DNA of 63,722 nt, counting the filler, from Reticulomyxa filosa (Eukaryota; Protista; Foraminifera): the NCBI GenBank assembly GCA_000512085.1. It is 18 parts of 18 records of this genome, joined end to end, with 100 filler letters (N's around TTAATTAATTAA, not from the genome) between each part and the next. Parts side by side here need not be neighbours in the genome. Positions count along the whole stretch, not along the records: positions 42,603 to 56,247 come from ASPP01033963.1; positions 56,348 to 57,584 come from ASPP01008681.1; positions 57,685 to 62,172 come from ASPP01009293.1; positions 62,273 to 63,722 come from ASPP01005584.1; 14 more parts are not named here. One strand, 5' to 3'. Positions within the stretch are counted from its first letter, which is position 1. Every line of letters starts with the position of its first letter. The notes beneath the pieces are model-generated. The model had not been told where the DNA came from and did no database searches. It was given only the letters and a program-made list of their open reading frames with translations. A program made the translations under genes and the position numbers. This document shows positions 49,601-63,019 of this stretch, one piece after another.

Positions 49601-52600
49601 ATAATTCAAACTTTCGATAAAATGCTTAGTGTTTTAGAGTTGTTCAAAAATGTTGGAGTCACTCCTCGCATTGAACATATTTTGATATGCAAAGAAAATA
49701 CAACGGAAGAGGAAATTGAATGCTTGCTGTTCCGGGCCATTACTTCAGCTGATCGATTCCATCAGAAACAAGCCATCTTGCACCCTTCATTGTATTGCTT
49801 AATGTGGCCAGAAAAGTTACCACTAGAAACATTGGAGCGAGTAACAAAATTGTTTCATACTTTGTTGTTAAGTCAAAAAGCGTTGAATGAGCTAAAAAGA
49901 ACTCCGTATCTGTTGGCCGTTATGTCAACCTCGCTCAATAATATGCTATCTCAAAAGCTGAATCCCTTTCGCTTGTCTCAACGTATTGCCATGGATGAGC
50001 AGACTCCAAATCTCCTGATTCAACAATTGTATTGTAACGACTTGCAAACATTTGCTTCGCAAAATCCTTCTATCAATCGCAACAACAAACCATTTGTGCA
50101 ATTGTATATCTCAGATCAAATTGGCATGGGCAAGAGCTTCAAGATTGAACAAGATGTTGCGTTAATCCGAAGTATTAATCCAAAAGTGCAAGCGGTGCGC
50201 ATTGCATTCAATAGCAGTGCTATCGATTGGAATATTATAATGGAAGGGTTTTGGAGGTATCATCCTTGCACAATTGGGGAACAAGTACAAAAAAATATAA
50301 CTGACATTGAAAACAAATGCCTCGACCTCAATTATCATGCGGAAAATCTGGTAGTATATCATTTGGATATTTCGTCTTGTGTTTCAGATTCAATGAATAC
50401 GTTTTTATTTGAGCTGTTGTTTTTGCAACATATCAACACAACATTGAACGTGTTGGCGTCACAATGTTTCCATGTCAATACGAACATGGCTTTTTTAGTT
50501 GAAATGCCTTTCAAATTGAATGGAAGTAATAGTGATCACAAAAAGGTATTGCATACAATATTCTCTTTGTCAAAGCTTCCTATTATCAAAGTGTCCAAAG
50601 AAACCAATCCGTATGTATTCGGCCCAGAAGCACAGTTTGCTATCAAATGGATGAAAGAGTTCTTTGCTGGAAATTTAAAGTTATTATTGTCTTGTATACA
50701 ATTAAAACAGATACATAAATAAATAAACCAATAAAAAACAATAGGGACAAAGACCCCGACATAAAAGAAATTATTGATCTGCAGTGCACAGAATTAATTG
50801 AAATCATAAAAACAAACTGTCCAGAAATTGGACAAGCTTCTCCATTGCATCAAATTGCTTTTTTCAAATATCTGTTCAATCAATTTTCTTCCTTGACTGA
50901 CTCTGTTTTTTTACGAAATGAAGACGAGGAAAGTCAACAATGGCCCTTGCGCTTCAAACACGAAGTCACCAAGTCGGTCATTGCAATTAGCACCGATCTT
51001 TCTAGTCGATTGTACGAGAAAGGAGACATGCATAACCAATACAGTCTCGAAGAGAGTCAAGGAGAGGACGAGTTTTATTTGTGCAAGGAGTGGCAAAGAT
51101 CTGAGCATTTTTTGTATTTAGTCAATCAGGACGATGCAGGTTTGTTTAATTTGTTGAGATTTGCTTCTAATTTAAAAAACTACTTTTTTTTGGATTTTAT
51201 ACATATTTAAATATGTTTTTGTTTTTTTTTTGCTTTCATATCCTTCTTTCTGAAAAGGCACGATTTCAGCACTGATCAACGATACAAAATTGGTGCCTCG
51301 ACATCTTTTGCAAGCCTTTCGCGATTTGGGTTTTACACTCCTGAGCTGGGATGAAGAGATGAAAGCTCGACATGATGCAATCGCAACCGAATGGCAGGTC
51401 TTTTCGGCAATAAAATTTTTATATATACGTTTATATATTCATATATGTGGAAAATACAGAAGCTGCGAATATACGTATACATATACATGTATATGTATAT
51501 ACGTTGCAAAAATACATGTACAAAAAAAAAAAACAAGATAATAAAGAAGAACATTATGCCAAAGATGTCTGCAGAAATTGAAGAAAAAGACAAAAGAACA
51601 GAGCTATTGTTTCGCATTGTTGGCACAAAAGAAACGCTAAAGGAAAAGATTAAAATGGAATTATGGGGAATGGAGTTCATGCCAAATGAAAAAAAAGAGC
51701 CAGAAATGGTCATCAAAGACATGAAGGTTGGAGAATTTCGACATTATGTATTAACTTATGACAATATATTGAAAATGATCGCAATATATTTGAGAATACG
51801 GTCCAATACACCTATTATTTTAATGGGAGAAACGGGCTGTGGAAAGACGTCGTTGATCAAATGTCTGGCTAAAGTGGCCAATGTTCCCTTGCAAGCGGTC
51901 GATATACATGGTGGATTTGGAAGAGAGGATCTTCGAAATATCGTTAAATCATGCGTGGACAAATGGGAGAGTGATGAAAAAAAGAATGATAGAGATCGAG
52001 AACAATGGATATTTTTGGATGAAATCAATACTTCCCCAGATATTGGTTGGTTGAACGAGTTGGTGTGTAATCATACATTGGACGGAGTAAAAATACCAGA
52101 AGGCATTAAAATTATTGCTGCATGCAATCCATATCGACGACGCAAATTGAGTGCCGACGAAGACGAACTGCTTGCAAACGATGAATTGAGCAAATACGTA
52201 TACCGAGTGTATCCATTGTGTGAAACCATGAAGGAGTACGTATGGTCATTTGGAAGGTTGTCCGAACTGAATGAACAACAATATATTGTAGAAATGACAA
52301 ATCAAGTGAAAAATGAGCTTCCATTTAACTTACATGAAGATTTTGAAACATGGAAAAGTGAAATTTCAAAAAGGATTGCAATAGCTCAAAAATTTTTACG
52401 CATACACTTGAAAGATAGAGCCATTGTTTCATTGCGAGATGTGTCAAGGTGTTTGAAAATATTTGAGTGGTTGATGAAACAATATTGTGATGAGCTGAAT
52501 TATAAAGAAGAGAATCCTTGGATTAATCGAAGTTTGAACATTGCCATTGGATTGTGTTATTATTTTCGATTGAACATTGAGGAAAGAAGAGTGTTGAGTT

Positions 52601-55600
52601 CAGAGCTGTCCATGAATATTCCATTTGAAGAACTCTTGGAGGCAGAAGTGAACAATCTGTCCAAGTCATTTTCCGTCCCCAGTGGTGTTGCACTGAATCA
52701 AGGATTAAAAGAAAATTTGTTCATTTTATTTATGTCCATTATCACCACCACTCCAATTGTTTTGGTGGGCAAGCCGGGCACATCAAAGACTCTATCTTTT
52801 CAAATTGTTCGTAACAATCTTTCTCATAATAAAATGAAGTTTCAAAACAAATTAAGTGAGAATAACCTACCGTTTGCAGTTAAATCAATTCATGTCATTT
52901 CGTTTCAATGCACTCGTGATAGTAAACCGCAAGGGATTAAAGAGCGATGGAAACAGGCAATGCAGTACAGTGAGGATAGTCAAATTAAACCAGTATTGTT
53001 GCTCGACGAAATTGGATTGGCCGAACACTCGAAGCATTCTCCTTTAAAAATATTGCATCAACTTTTGGAAGATCCAAAGATATCTTTTGTTGGAATTTCC
53101 AATTGGCCTTTGGACGCTGCCAAAATGAGTCGAGTGATTATGCATCAAATCCCTTCGATGACGACACAAGAGTTAAAAGAAACTGCTTTGGAAATGATGA
53201 AAAACTATCAAGAGGATTTAAAGTTGTATGACGAAGAATTAAAAAACGAATGGTTAGAAAGGGACATTGGAAATATCGCCAAAGTGTACGATAAAGTAGT
53301 CAACACTCCAAAGTTATCTGAGCCAATGAACAAAAAAAATTTTTTTGGCGCTCGTGATTTCTATTCTTTAATCCGATACCAACTCCAAAATTCTTCTCAC
53401 AATGTGTCGTGTGAAGGATTTATGAGAAACTTTGGAGGCATCTCAAGAGATGACTTGCTCCAAAATTTAGGAAATATTTTTTATAATGTGTTGGGAACTA
53501 GCAAAGAAGATGCTCTCAAAGAAATGAGGCAATTCACGCCAATGGATTGTGTTCAACAAAATCTTAAGGACATTCGAACGAATAACTCGAAATTACTTGG
53601 AGACAATTATATTATCAGTCGTCATTGTATGGTGATTAGTGAGTTAGAGCATTCTTGGCAAGTTTTGTTAGAAAATGGAGTCTTAAAATATGATGATATG
53701 TTTTTATTTAAAAGTAGTTTTGCACATGACCAAAGTACAAGTATTTTGGATTACGAACATTTGAACAAAATTATTAATTGTATGGACACTGGAAAAAGAG
53801 TCATTTTATATAAATTGGATTCGATTTATGAAAGCTTATATGATATGCTCAACCAAAGATACCAAAAAAACCCTCTGGTAAAATTATTTTTAAAAGTCCA
53901 ATATTTTATATGTGTAACTGTTAAAAAAAATAAAAGGCGAATAAATACATAGGAAATGTGTATTGTCGAGTGGCTCTGGGAAGTGAGAGTAGGGATTGCT
54001 TTGTGAAAGATCAATTTAAATGCATAGTGATTGTTAACAAAAATGCGGCGTATACACCTAAGATGCCAATTGCATTTTTAAATCGCTTTGAAAAACAACT
54101 TATATCCTATCGCTCCTCGTTACCCTTTGAAACGGAGCCATGGATATCAATAATAGAAGATAGATTAGCTCAAATGTTTGGAGTGGCTCCAGAACAATTG
54201 AAGAAGTTATTTTGTGGATTCAATGATGACACCATACCCTCGGCGTTGTTCAACATTTTAGCAGAAAAAAAAGAAAAAATGGAAAGGCCAGAACTTGACG
54301 AGACAATAACAGACGCAGTAGTAGATTTATTTAAACCTTTGTGTAATCCAGAGGCCGTTCTCGAAATTGCTATCGATCAAGGTGCAAAATTTGATTCTAA
54401 AAAAGCTGAACAAAAGGAATTTCCTTGTTTTGAAAGAGTTATCAAGTCGCAACAAATGGAGTCGAACAAACAAATGGCGCTAATAATCACAGGTGACTTT
54501 GAGTGCAATTTACCAGATCAATGGAATGAATCAGCAAAAAAAATTGCATCATTCAAAAAGTCAAGCGACTTCGAACAAACCATTCGTCACTTCTTCAGCT
54601 CTGATAACGCAACTCAAAATCTACTTATTTTGCAATATATGCATGACTCCGAAAACTTGAACCACTTTATGCATATTAAACACACATTGGAACATGCACA
54701 TTATCGATACTATTATGGCAACGAAGAAGGAAAGGACGAAAAAGAAGACAGCAAAGAAGAAAAGAAAGAAGTAGAGCAGAGATTGATTGTTTTGCTTGTA
54801 CATATTAAACCACCGATTTTTGAGGATCCTTTCCCATTGATTTTCTCAAGAAAATGGAAATTTATATACGTCGATAACTTAAGTTCAATGGAGCCAGCAC
54901 AATTGAAAACTCTACTTTCACAGACCATGTCAAATGTACTTGAAAATGATGTTCGAAATAATCGACTTCACAATGCGATTCGGCGCGCATTTGCACGGCT
55001 CCAGTTCCCTGCTCATAAAAAAAATGGAGGCAGTGATATACAAAGACTGTCGACTTTATTTACAGAATCAATGGAGATTGAGAAATGCCGAAAAGAATTT
55101 ATTTCGAGGTTGAAAAAATTATTTGAAGGAGGTGTAGTATCTGAGCCAATTGCGTGTATTTTAAATAAAGGAGTCAAAAATCCTGGCAACGTAGACATAT
55201 TATTATTGGGTTGTTGCTTTTTAGAAAGATATGAAAATATTATCGACAGATTACTGACCATGGCTTGCGTAAATATTTTGTCAATTTTTTATGAAAATTG
55301 TTATTTCCAAGTTGACTCTTGTTTTTTTTCTTTGGTACAATTAAATACTTAAGAAAAGCTGCGTAAAGCACTACGTATAATGTGTACACCAAAAAAAAAA
55401 AAAAAGGTATTTTTCAATGCAATTGAAAAGAATAACGAGTACTTGTCACAATTGTTTGTAGAAATTGTGAAAGATACTTCAATGGTGATAATTCCTCACT
55501 TGACAGATGTGACACAGAGATTAGTGAATATTGAACCGGATCTACGTGCTGTTAGTATCCAATATGAGGCCATGTTCCCATGGAGCCACGTATTGCACAA

Positions 55601-56247
55601 CTGGTGTCACTCCAAGTTGGCCAGTGATGTCACCCAGTGCCTAGCTAAAAAATCTAACTCAGTTATCCACGAGAATGAAAATGAACATGAGAATGAAAAT
55701 AAATATGAATATGAAAAGCAACGTGAAAATGATAATGGCAATGAACATGGAAAAAAGGTTATGTTAGAAAGTCGTCGTAAAGTACTTCAAAGTTCCAAGT
55801 TGCTGAAGATGACAATGGATGGAAGTGAAAATGCATTGAGGTATTTGAGCATATGCAATACTGAACATTGTCGAATGTATTTTATGGATGTCATTGCGGC
55901 CAAATATAATTTGAATCAACGCAAGGCTGAAGTCATTGCAAACGTTATGTTTTGCATGATTTATATGCACAATTGGGAGGTATCCGTTGCAATGATCGAG
56001 TCCATCTTATATACTTTGCCTGATATTTTTGCAAAATATGTGGAACTTTTGAAACTTTGCCAAGATGACAGTGACATCGTTTTGGAATTACACTCATTAT
56101 TAAAAGATGAAAATGAAAGCACAAGGCTGAGTGGCTCCATTTGCTTGCTATTGGGACATTTTATTTCGTTTTCGTCTGGTTTGTCTTTGTATTTATTGTT
56201 TTTATTTTTTCCGTAAACTCAGATTCTTAGTTCTTTTTTTTTTTTTT
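43603..56247 (+). CDS. RNF213: giant RNF213/mysterin-like multi-AAA+ ATPase with N-terminal SAM-like and cold-shock/OB-like domains (3' truncated)
   Basis: SDQIGMGKS; GETGCGKT...WIFLDEINT...AACNPYR...YVYRVYPL; VSLRDV; LKENLF; GKPGTSKT...LLDEIGLAEHSKHSPLKILHQLLE; FVGISNWPLDAAKMSR; FFGARDFYSLI; YESLYDMLNQRY; FLNRFEKQ. This is the motif order of the RNF213 AAA core. About a dozen short introns, with frame problems at 44412 and 47230. Confidence 0.93.
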
Positions 56248-56503
56248 NNNNNNNNNNNNNNNNNNNNNNNNNNNNNNNNNNNNNNNNNNNNTTAATTAAT
56301 TAANNNNNNNNNNNNNNNNNNNNNNNNNNNNNNNNNNNNNNNNNNNNACCTGATACTATCACTAGTTTTGTTAATTTGCTTTTTTTTTTTTTTTTTTTTT
56401 TTTTTTGTGCAATAATTTAATATATGCAAATACATGCAATGACATGAAATACACAAGTCAATACATAATTACACAAGTTTAATGGAAAAGATTTGTATTG
56501 CAG

Positions 56504-57584
56504 CCAATATCGCATTCTAATATCAGACCTGGGCCAATCCGATTTTTTGGATCGAAGGGAACAGCGACAACGAACAGGGGAGACTGGCACGTTGGGTTTT
56601 GCTGCTCCGGAATTGGAACATGAATGGGACCAACAAGTCGATATTTGGTCATTGGGTCACATTTTGTATTTCTTGGCTTTCAGCGTGTTTGTTATTATTC
56701 TTTGCAAATATATACATATATACATATACATACCCTTATTTGTTTGTTTGTGTGTGCATTTGTAGCTGGCCTTATGAAAATATATGCAGCGAAGAATTGA
56801 AATTGTATGTACTGATAAAGAGTGGCTTACGACTGAAGATCCCAAAGAATCATGGGCGCTCTCCTGCAATGATCGAAATGATATTGAAATTGACTGCCAT
56901 TCAACCCCATCGAAGACCGACATTGCATCATATCATTTTTCAAATTTCAAAGATACTTCAGTTCATGCAGTTTGTCGATTGGGACAGCTCTTTGCGCGTG
57001 CCTCGTGACAACGATCATCACAACCGTAACATCAGTCACAATAGCAATAACAGCACCATCAACGATAGTAAAGAGAGCAATGAAAATAAGAATGTCAATA
57101 CGAATAACAGCAACAACAATAACGATTTGTTATCCACATATTTTGCCATGGCTCATGGAAATCGAGCCTTGATGCCACCCAAGCAACAGTTTGCACTCCC
57201 TGCGCCTCTTTCTACAAATCCCACACCTTCAACGGAAGAACATGCCAACAACCAGGCGACTTTGCCCAGATCTCGGTCTGCGTATCGCCTGCTTCCTTGC
57301 AATGACACCAAAACGTCACAGACGAATGACACATCCACTTCACAAACGCATCAACAGATTGCAAATAAATTCGAGGAATCTTTTGACCGCCCTTCTCAAG
57401 CAATGCAGAGTTTTTTAACAGCCCACAAAACGACCAAAATGAAACTAAAAAAATCTCAGCACAAATCTGTCAATACACTTACTGCAACCAAATCTAAATC
57501 TCGATTAGCTTCCATGTCTATAACGTTGCGGATCAAGAAGCTCTCTCAGATGCTATTTCTTCAGGTGTGTGTGTGTGTGTGTGT
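56504..57584 (+). CDS. Ser/Thr protein kinase C-lobe, IKS1-like, with low-complexity tail (truncated at both ends)
   Basis: ILISDLGQS (DLG for DFG), RTGETGTLGFAAPEL, DIWSLGHILYFL, intron, WPY...RRPT. The RTGxTGT activation loop is typical of IKS1/iksA kinases. Confidence 0.8.
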
Positions 57585-57684
57585 NNNNNNNNNNNNNNNN
57601 NNNNNNNNNNNNNNNNNNNNNNNNNNNNTTAATTAATTAANNNNNNNNNNNNNNNNNNNNNNNNNNNNNNNNNNNNNNNNNNNN

Positions 57685-59087
57685 AAAGATAAAGATAAAG
57701 ACAATGACAAAAAGATCCTTAAAAAGTTGGAAGCGTTCAAAACCATTCAACAGGGCTATGAATTAAACAACGGCATCGACTGCATTGCCAAGCTCTATCA
57801 ACAATTGAAAGCTTCTGTTGATCTCAATGAACATCACTTGAATAACAATAACAACAACAACAACAACAACAACAGTAGCAAATCACTTGTTCCGGACGCA
57901 AGAAAACAATCGCATTCGGAACGCAAAGCCCAGGAATTTCCTTCACCTCAAGAAGAACATAAACAGAACAAGGAAGAGGACCGGAACCACCATCATTTAA
58001 AAAATGCTCAAATCCCAAATCGAAGTAACCACGAGATACACGGAAATAAACCGCCGGTCAACGCAGGAGTACCCTTTCAATATCCTTATCAAAAATCTCG
58101 TCAGGCTGCGGAGGTCAATTATGATCCCTTGCATGATGAGATGGAAGAGGATGACATCGTCGATGGAGGATCTGGAGACCCTCGACACGATGCTGTTTTG
58201 TCTCATTTTAAAAAATAGAGTGATAAGGGGAGCAAAGGGGGGGGTGGTCACACAAATATATAATCATCAAAAAAATATATGTATATGTATACGTATATAT
58301 AGTTTGTACAATGGCTGAAGGAAGATTGCAACTTGTCACAGTACTTGGACACATTCAAAAATAGTGAAATGGCGGACATTTCACTGCTCAATGCAATAAT
58401 ATCGGCAGATGAATTAGAAGACATTGGCATCGAATCCAAGTTTCACAGACGCCGCATTTGGGATCAAATCAAGGATTTACAAGGCCTCATGGCTGAGGTA
58501 AATTATTCGTCTAGCCTTTTTTTTTTTTTTTTTTTGCTTTGTTTGTTGTTATGTGCCTGCATATATGAATAAGGACGAAATAACAATATAACTAAAGCGA
58601 TACGAAATAAATAAATAAAAATAGTTTGATAAATGGCTTGGGGGATTGGAATGAAGACACTGTACAAAGTCAATTTTACGAGAAAAGGTATCGTCACTCT
58701 GAAAAGTTTGCATCAGTTATATTTGAGATATGCAAAGGACTTGTCCGCACTTCAAAAAAATTTGGGCATTTTCAGTGACGCACATTGGGATATTATATGC
58801 CAACGTTTGGCTCAATATTCCAACTCTCTCATGCAGCTGCAACAGGTAACATGCTTACTTTTCTTTCGTGATTTCCTCCCCCCCCCCTTCTCTAAGCCTT
58901 CTCTAGTGTGTCACTCCGAAACCACTTTATTTTTCTTTTTCGGGTTTAGGACGCAGGAGACAATGAGGAAAATGAATTAGAGGAGGCAGATTCGATGGCC
59001 ATCTTGTTGGCTATTGAAGAAAGCCAAAGATTGCTCTTACCACAACAGCAAGTTGCAAAAAGTAGTGGTGGAGGCAGTGGAGAGTAG
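57685..59087 (+). CDS. protein with two SAM-like domains and a C-terminal UIM (5' truncated)
   Basis: FVQWLKEDCNLSQYLDTF...ELEDIGIESKFHRRRIWDQI is a SAM domain. A second unit reads FDKWL.GIGM..YKVNF...LGI, with a G-run frameshift at about 58640. The last exon has EEADSMAILLAIEESQR (UIM-like). Stop at 59085-59087. Confidence 0.78.
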
Positions 59088-59603
59088 AAGTTTTGTATCG
59101 TTAATACCTTAAACTATATTTCAATTGTCCAATTAATTATTTTTTCTTTTGTTCTTGCGTCTCTTTAACTAACTTTTTGCAGAGCGTCTTTTCAACATAA
59201 TATGTGTGGAGGACGATGTTTCATGTTTCCCTTTTTTTTCTATTTTTGGTTGTTTGTCGTCTCAACAAAATTGGGAGGTTTGTTGCATATTGTGAAATCT
59301 GTTCTTATCATTTCACCACGTGTTGATTGGGAGATGATTGGATATTACATTTGAAGGAATTCAACGATTATTAACAGTTTTGTGTAGTTGATCTAATTTA
59401 TTTTTGATCGTGGCACATCCACGAACAATATTATATTTTGGATTTAAAAAAACTTCTTGAGGACTTTGCAAAGGTGTATGGAATTTGATTGTTAGCATTC
59501 AGTATTGCTTTACAAAAAAATAATGCTGACAAATAATTTAAATCAGAGCATAATGCAAATTATACGGCGGAAGAAGAAAAACAATAAAGCAAACAAAAAA
59601 AAA

Positions 59604-61702
59604 TTATTGATCCAAATCCAAAACTTTTTGGCAAGTGTAATGATACAATGATTGGTGCAGCTCCTTCCACTTTTCGATTTCACTTTTAAGCTTAAGATTT
59701 TCGTCCAACAATTCCTTGCACAAACCAGTGTCTACAGCATTCTTAGGTTCTTGCGTGTCGGCTTGAAGACTGGTATTTCTGGTTTGTAATATGGAAAATT
59801 CGTTTTCAATTCTTTCTAAAAATGCCTCGTCGCTCCACCAACTGTTTTCTCCATATCGTTCATTTTTACGTGAGCCTTCATATTTCCCACTCACAGTATC
59901 TGAGCGTCGTTGCTCCCAAGTGACACCCAAATCGGCTGCGCCTACTATGGCCCCAGGCAAGTAGATGCTCATTTCTTTGGGTGGAAGTATCAAAGGGTAT
60001 TTATTCTTTTCGCTCGCTTGTTGGCGTTTGTTAGTTAAGTGACTAATATCACGAAACTGGTCACTGCTATAATGTCGTTTGAATGCCAGCGGCCAATTCT
60101 TCACATACAGGGAAAACTTTTCGTACTTGATATCTGGAGCCAAGTTGGGATCAACTAAATTGGTCCCACTACTGTTACCTATGCCATGAGTTGCATAACT
60201 GCCCAGTCGATCACAAATGCATATCACTCTGTCATATTTTCGTCTGTGTTTGTTCAACACCCGAATCTTTGTTCCAAAGAGGACATCCCAAACGCACGCT
60301 GTGCCATCGCTGTGTGCAGTCACCGCCATTCTCCCGTCGTAAGACAGAGAAATGTCATTAATTAAAACTAATTGTTGGGATTGGTTTGACTTCAGCAATG
60401 TCGATGCTGCGTCATTATTGGTTGCGTCCGATTTATTATTACTTTTCGTGTCTGTGTCTTTTATTTTTGCAAGTTAGTCAAGTGTAATTTTACGTCTGTG
60501 TGTGTGTACGCATTTATTGGAAAAAAAAAGGGGGGGAGGAGGGGGAAGCCAACAAAAAAAAAAAAAATTCAACAAAACTGTCGTGTTCAATTGTTCGATA
60601 GGTAACATCCGCCAATAACGTTTTAGGATCACTGTCAATGATATGTTGGATGGATTGAGCAGCAGAAGGAAAGTCGATGAGATTAATGCGAAACAATTCC
60701 CCGTGTCGAGAGGCCACCAACAAAAAGTTCATCGCAGGGTCGCAAGCGAGCGAGGTGAGCGGATGAGGAAATTGGACCGACTGCAACAAATGGGTGCTAT
60801 TTGCAGACATCAAATCGAAGGTATTGCCGCTGCTGCTGCTGCTCTGCTTTTCACTTGTTGTCGATTTCGACTTCACCAACGGCAACAGGGAGTAGATTTT
60901 TACGCTGCAGTCTAACGAACACGTAAAGATACGAGGACATCCAGATGGCCCACTCGTACCACAAATTATGTCCGTCACTGGCATCACGTGATCTTTCCAT
61001 GTCAAATATGGTTCCATTGAACCCACTCCTTTAATTGTTTGAATTGTGATATATGCATATATATATATATATACATACATATACATACATATATATATAT
61101 TTATATATGCATAATATGCATATTGCTATATGCATAGACAACTTTAGACCTGTGTTAACTGCGTCTTCTTCCGATGATGAAGAAGTCTGGAAATCCACGC
61201 TTGACAACAAGATGTGCGAAAATTTCCACACTTTGATTAGACAGTCGTCCGACGCACTAATTAAACAATTGCCATCAGGGGTGAACACTAGGCAATTGAT
61301 TTTTTGCAAATGCGCTTTGAAAATTTTTAAGAGCTGCCCCGTCAATAAACACCACGTGTAAATGTGTCCACTGTTCGTGCCCACACACAAAAATCGTGGG
61401 TCGCTTCCTATCGCCTTGTAATTGTTGTTGTCGTTTGAACACTGCGAAAAGTGAACCGCCATTGGGCCCAATGCTACTTCTTTGGGAATCACACACTTCC
61501 ATTTTACTCGGTTCAAGCGGTAGTTGATCACTGAGAGAATCGGCTTGTTCACTTCGTTGTACACGAGGAAACTGTCGTGCAACAAAGAAACTTGATTCAC
61601 TGGAAGCTGCAAGCTTCGGACAAGCACCCCGCTATGGATATCAAATATATCAATCAGATTCCCCTTGGAAATACATAATGCGAGTTCCAATTTCGTCGGC
61701 AT
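59604..61702 (-). CDS. WDR18: WDR18/Ipi3 (rixosome WD40 subunit)
   Basis: G.IYTW.L.TGQLLKIFKAHLQKINCLVFTPDG..LISASDD..IKVW, W.DHVMPVTDIICG...RIFTCSLD.SVKIY, ISLSYDG...S.DG...VWD, and a C-terminal coiled coil ending LYHY. Three exons. Confidence 0.9.
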
Positions 61703-62272
61703 TATCAATTTTTTTTCAATGTACCCGATTTTTTTTACTCTTAGCCGTTTTTTTTTTTAACTTTCGTTTTCTTAAATTTGTTATCATGACAAACAAATAT
61801 CTCTGCTCAATAAAGCTGTATGTATTCCAAAACTATATCAAAAATCAAGAGTAACAGTTATTGTAGCTTTAATAAATATTCTTTTTCTTTTATGAGATAA
61901 TTTATAAGTTAACATTTCATCCTAAATAGATATATACTACAGTTAACTTTAATAGTACAAAGATTGGACACGATAAATCGTAGTTTTTTTACAATGTTGC
62001 ATCCATGAAGTATTGTTTTTTATAAAGGAAAATATAAAATATTTAAATAGGACGGAACAGAAGAGCAAGACACAACGTGAATTTTTTCATGTTTTCTTTT
62101 CCGGACACCCAAGTTAAATTCAAATCTTAAAAGTAGAACATTACCACAAACAACCGTAACAAAAAAAAAAAANNNNNNNNNNNNNNNNNNNNNNNNNNNN
62201 NNNNNNNNNNNNNNNNTTAATTAATTAANNNNNNNNNNNNNNNNNNNNNNNNNNNNNNNNNNNNNNNNNNNN

Positions 62273-62987
62273 TTCTTCATCATCATCATCATTATTATTA
62301 TTATTATCATTGTCATTGTTATTGTCATTGTCATTGTCATTGTCGTCATGACGCCTGTTACCATTTTCTTCTTCTTCTTCTTCTTCATTTTCAGTTTCAC
62401 TTGCGTGACCGATTGGAGTAGCACTTTTACTGTGGTTTTCATTTTCGCTTTCATTGGCATTGTGGTTTATATTTATGTTTCTATTTCTATAGCGATGTCC
62501 ATTTCCACCTTCATTTCCATGCTCATGTTTGTGTTCGTGTCTGTGTTCGAGTCTATGATCATGATCATGATCATGACCATGACCATGACCATGTCCATGC
62601 CCATGACCGTGTACATAACCATGTGCATGGTCATGCCCACTTTCACTTTCCGTTTCACTTTCGGTCTCGCTTTCGCTCTCTGTTTCATTTGCACTTTCAT
62701 TGTCACTGACAGGGAGACTAATGCTCCCACTCACGCCACTGCTTCTTGTCCGCTTGTTTTGATGAGTTGCCATTCCTGCAAAGATGTCGTCAAGTGGAAA
62801 TTTTTTTTTCGAACCGCTGTTCATTTTGATATGCTCAAACCGAAGTGAGCTTCTTTTCACAGGGTTCGAATTGCGTGCTTTGGAAAATAGTGACCGAGTC
62901 GAGGCATAGCCTCGATAGTCATTACCTTGATTGCGAAGAGGAGTATTGCCATCTTTATCATTGTCAACATTATTATTGTTATTATTA

Positions 62988-63019
<32 letters not shown>

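Larger units (their letters stand above)
5531..62272. other. 17 artificial contig-joining spacers (N44-TTAATTAATTAA-N44, 100 nt each)
   Basis: Identical spacers at 5531-5630, 6758-6857, 10196-10295, 11910-12009, 13142-13241, 14793-14892, 17895-17994, 20076-20175, 25914-26013, 31184-31283, 33884-33983, 38071-38170, 40596-40695, 42503-42602, 56248-56347, 57585-57684 and 62173-62272. The palindromic core puts a stop codon in all six frames, and genes are cut at these points. Confidence 0.98.

Noticed and set aside
5531-62272. Regularly recurring TTAATTAATTAA palindrome, superficially like a CRISPR or dispersed repeat
   Set aside because: It is always embedded in exactly 44+44 Ns, so it is an artificial six-frame-stop linker.
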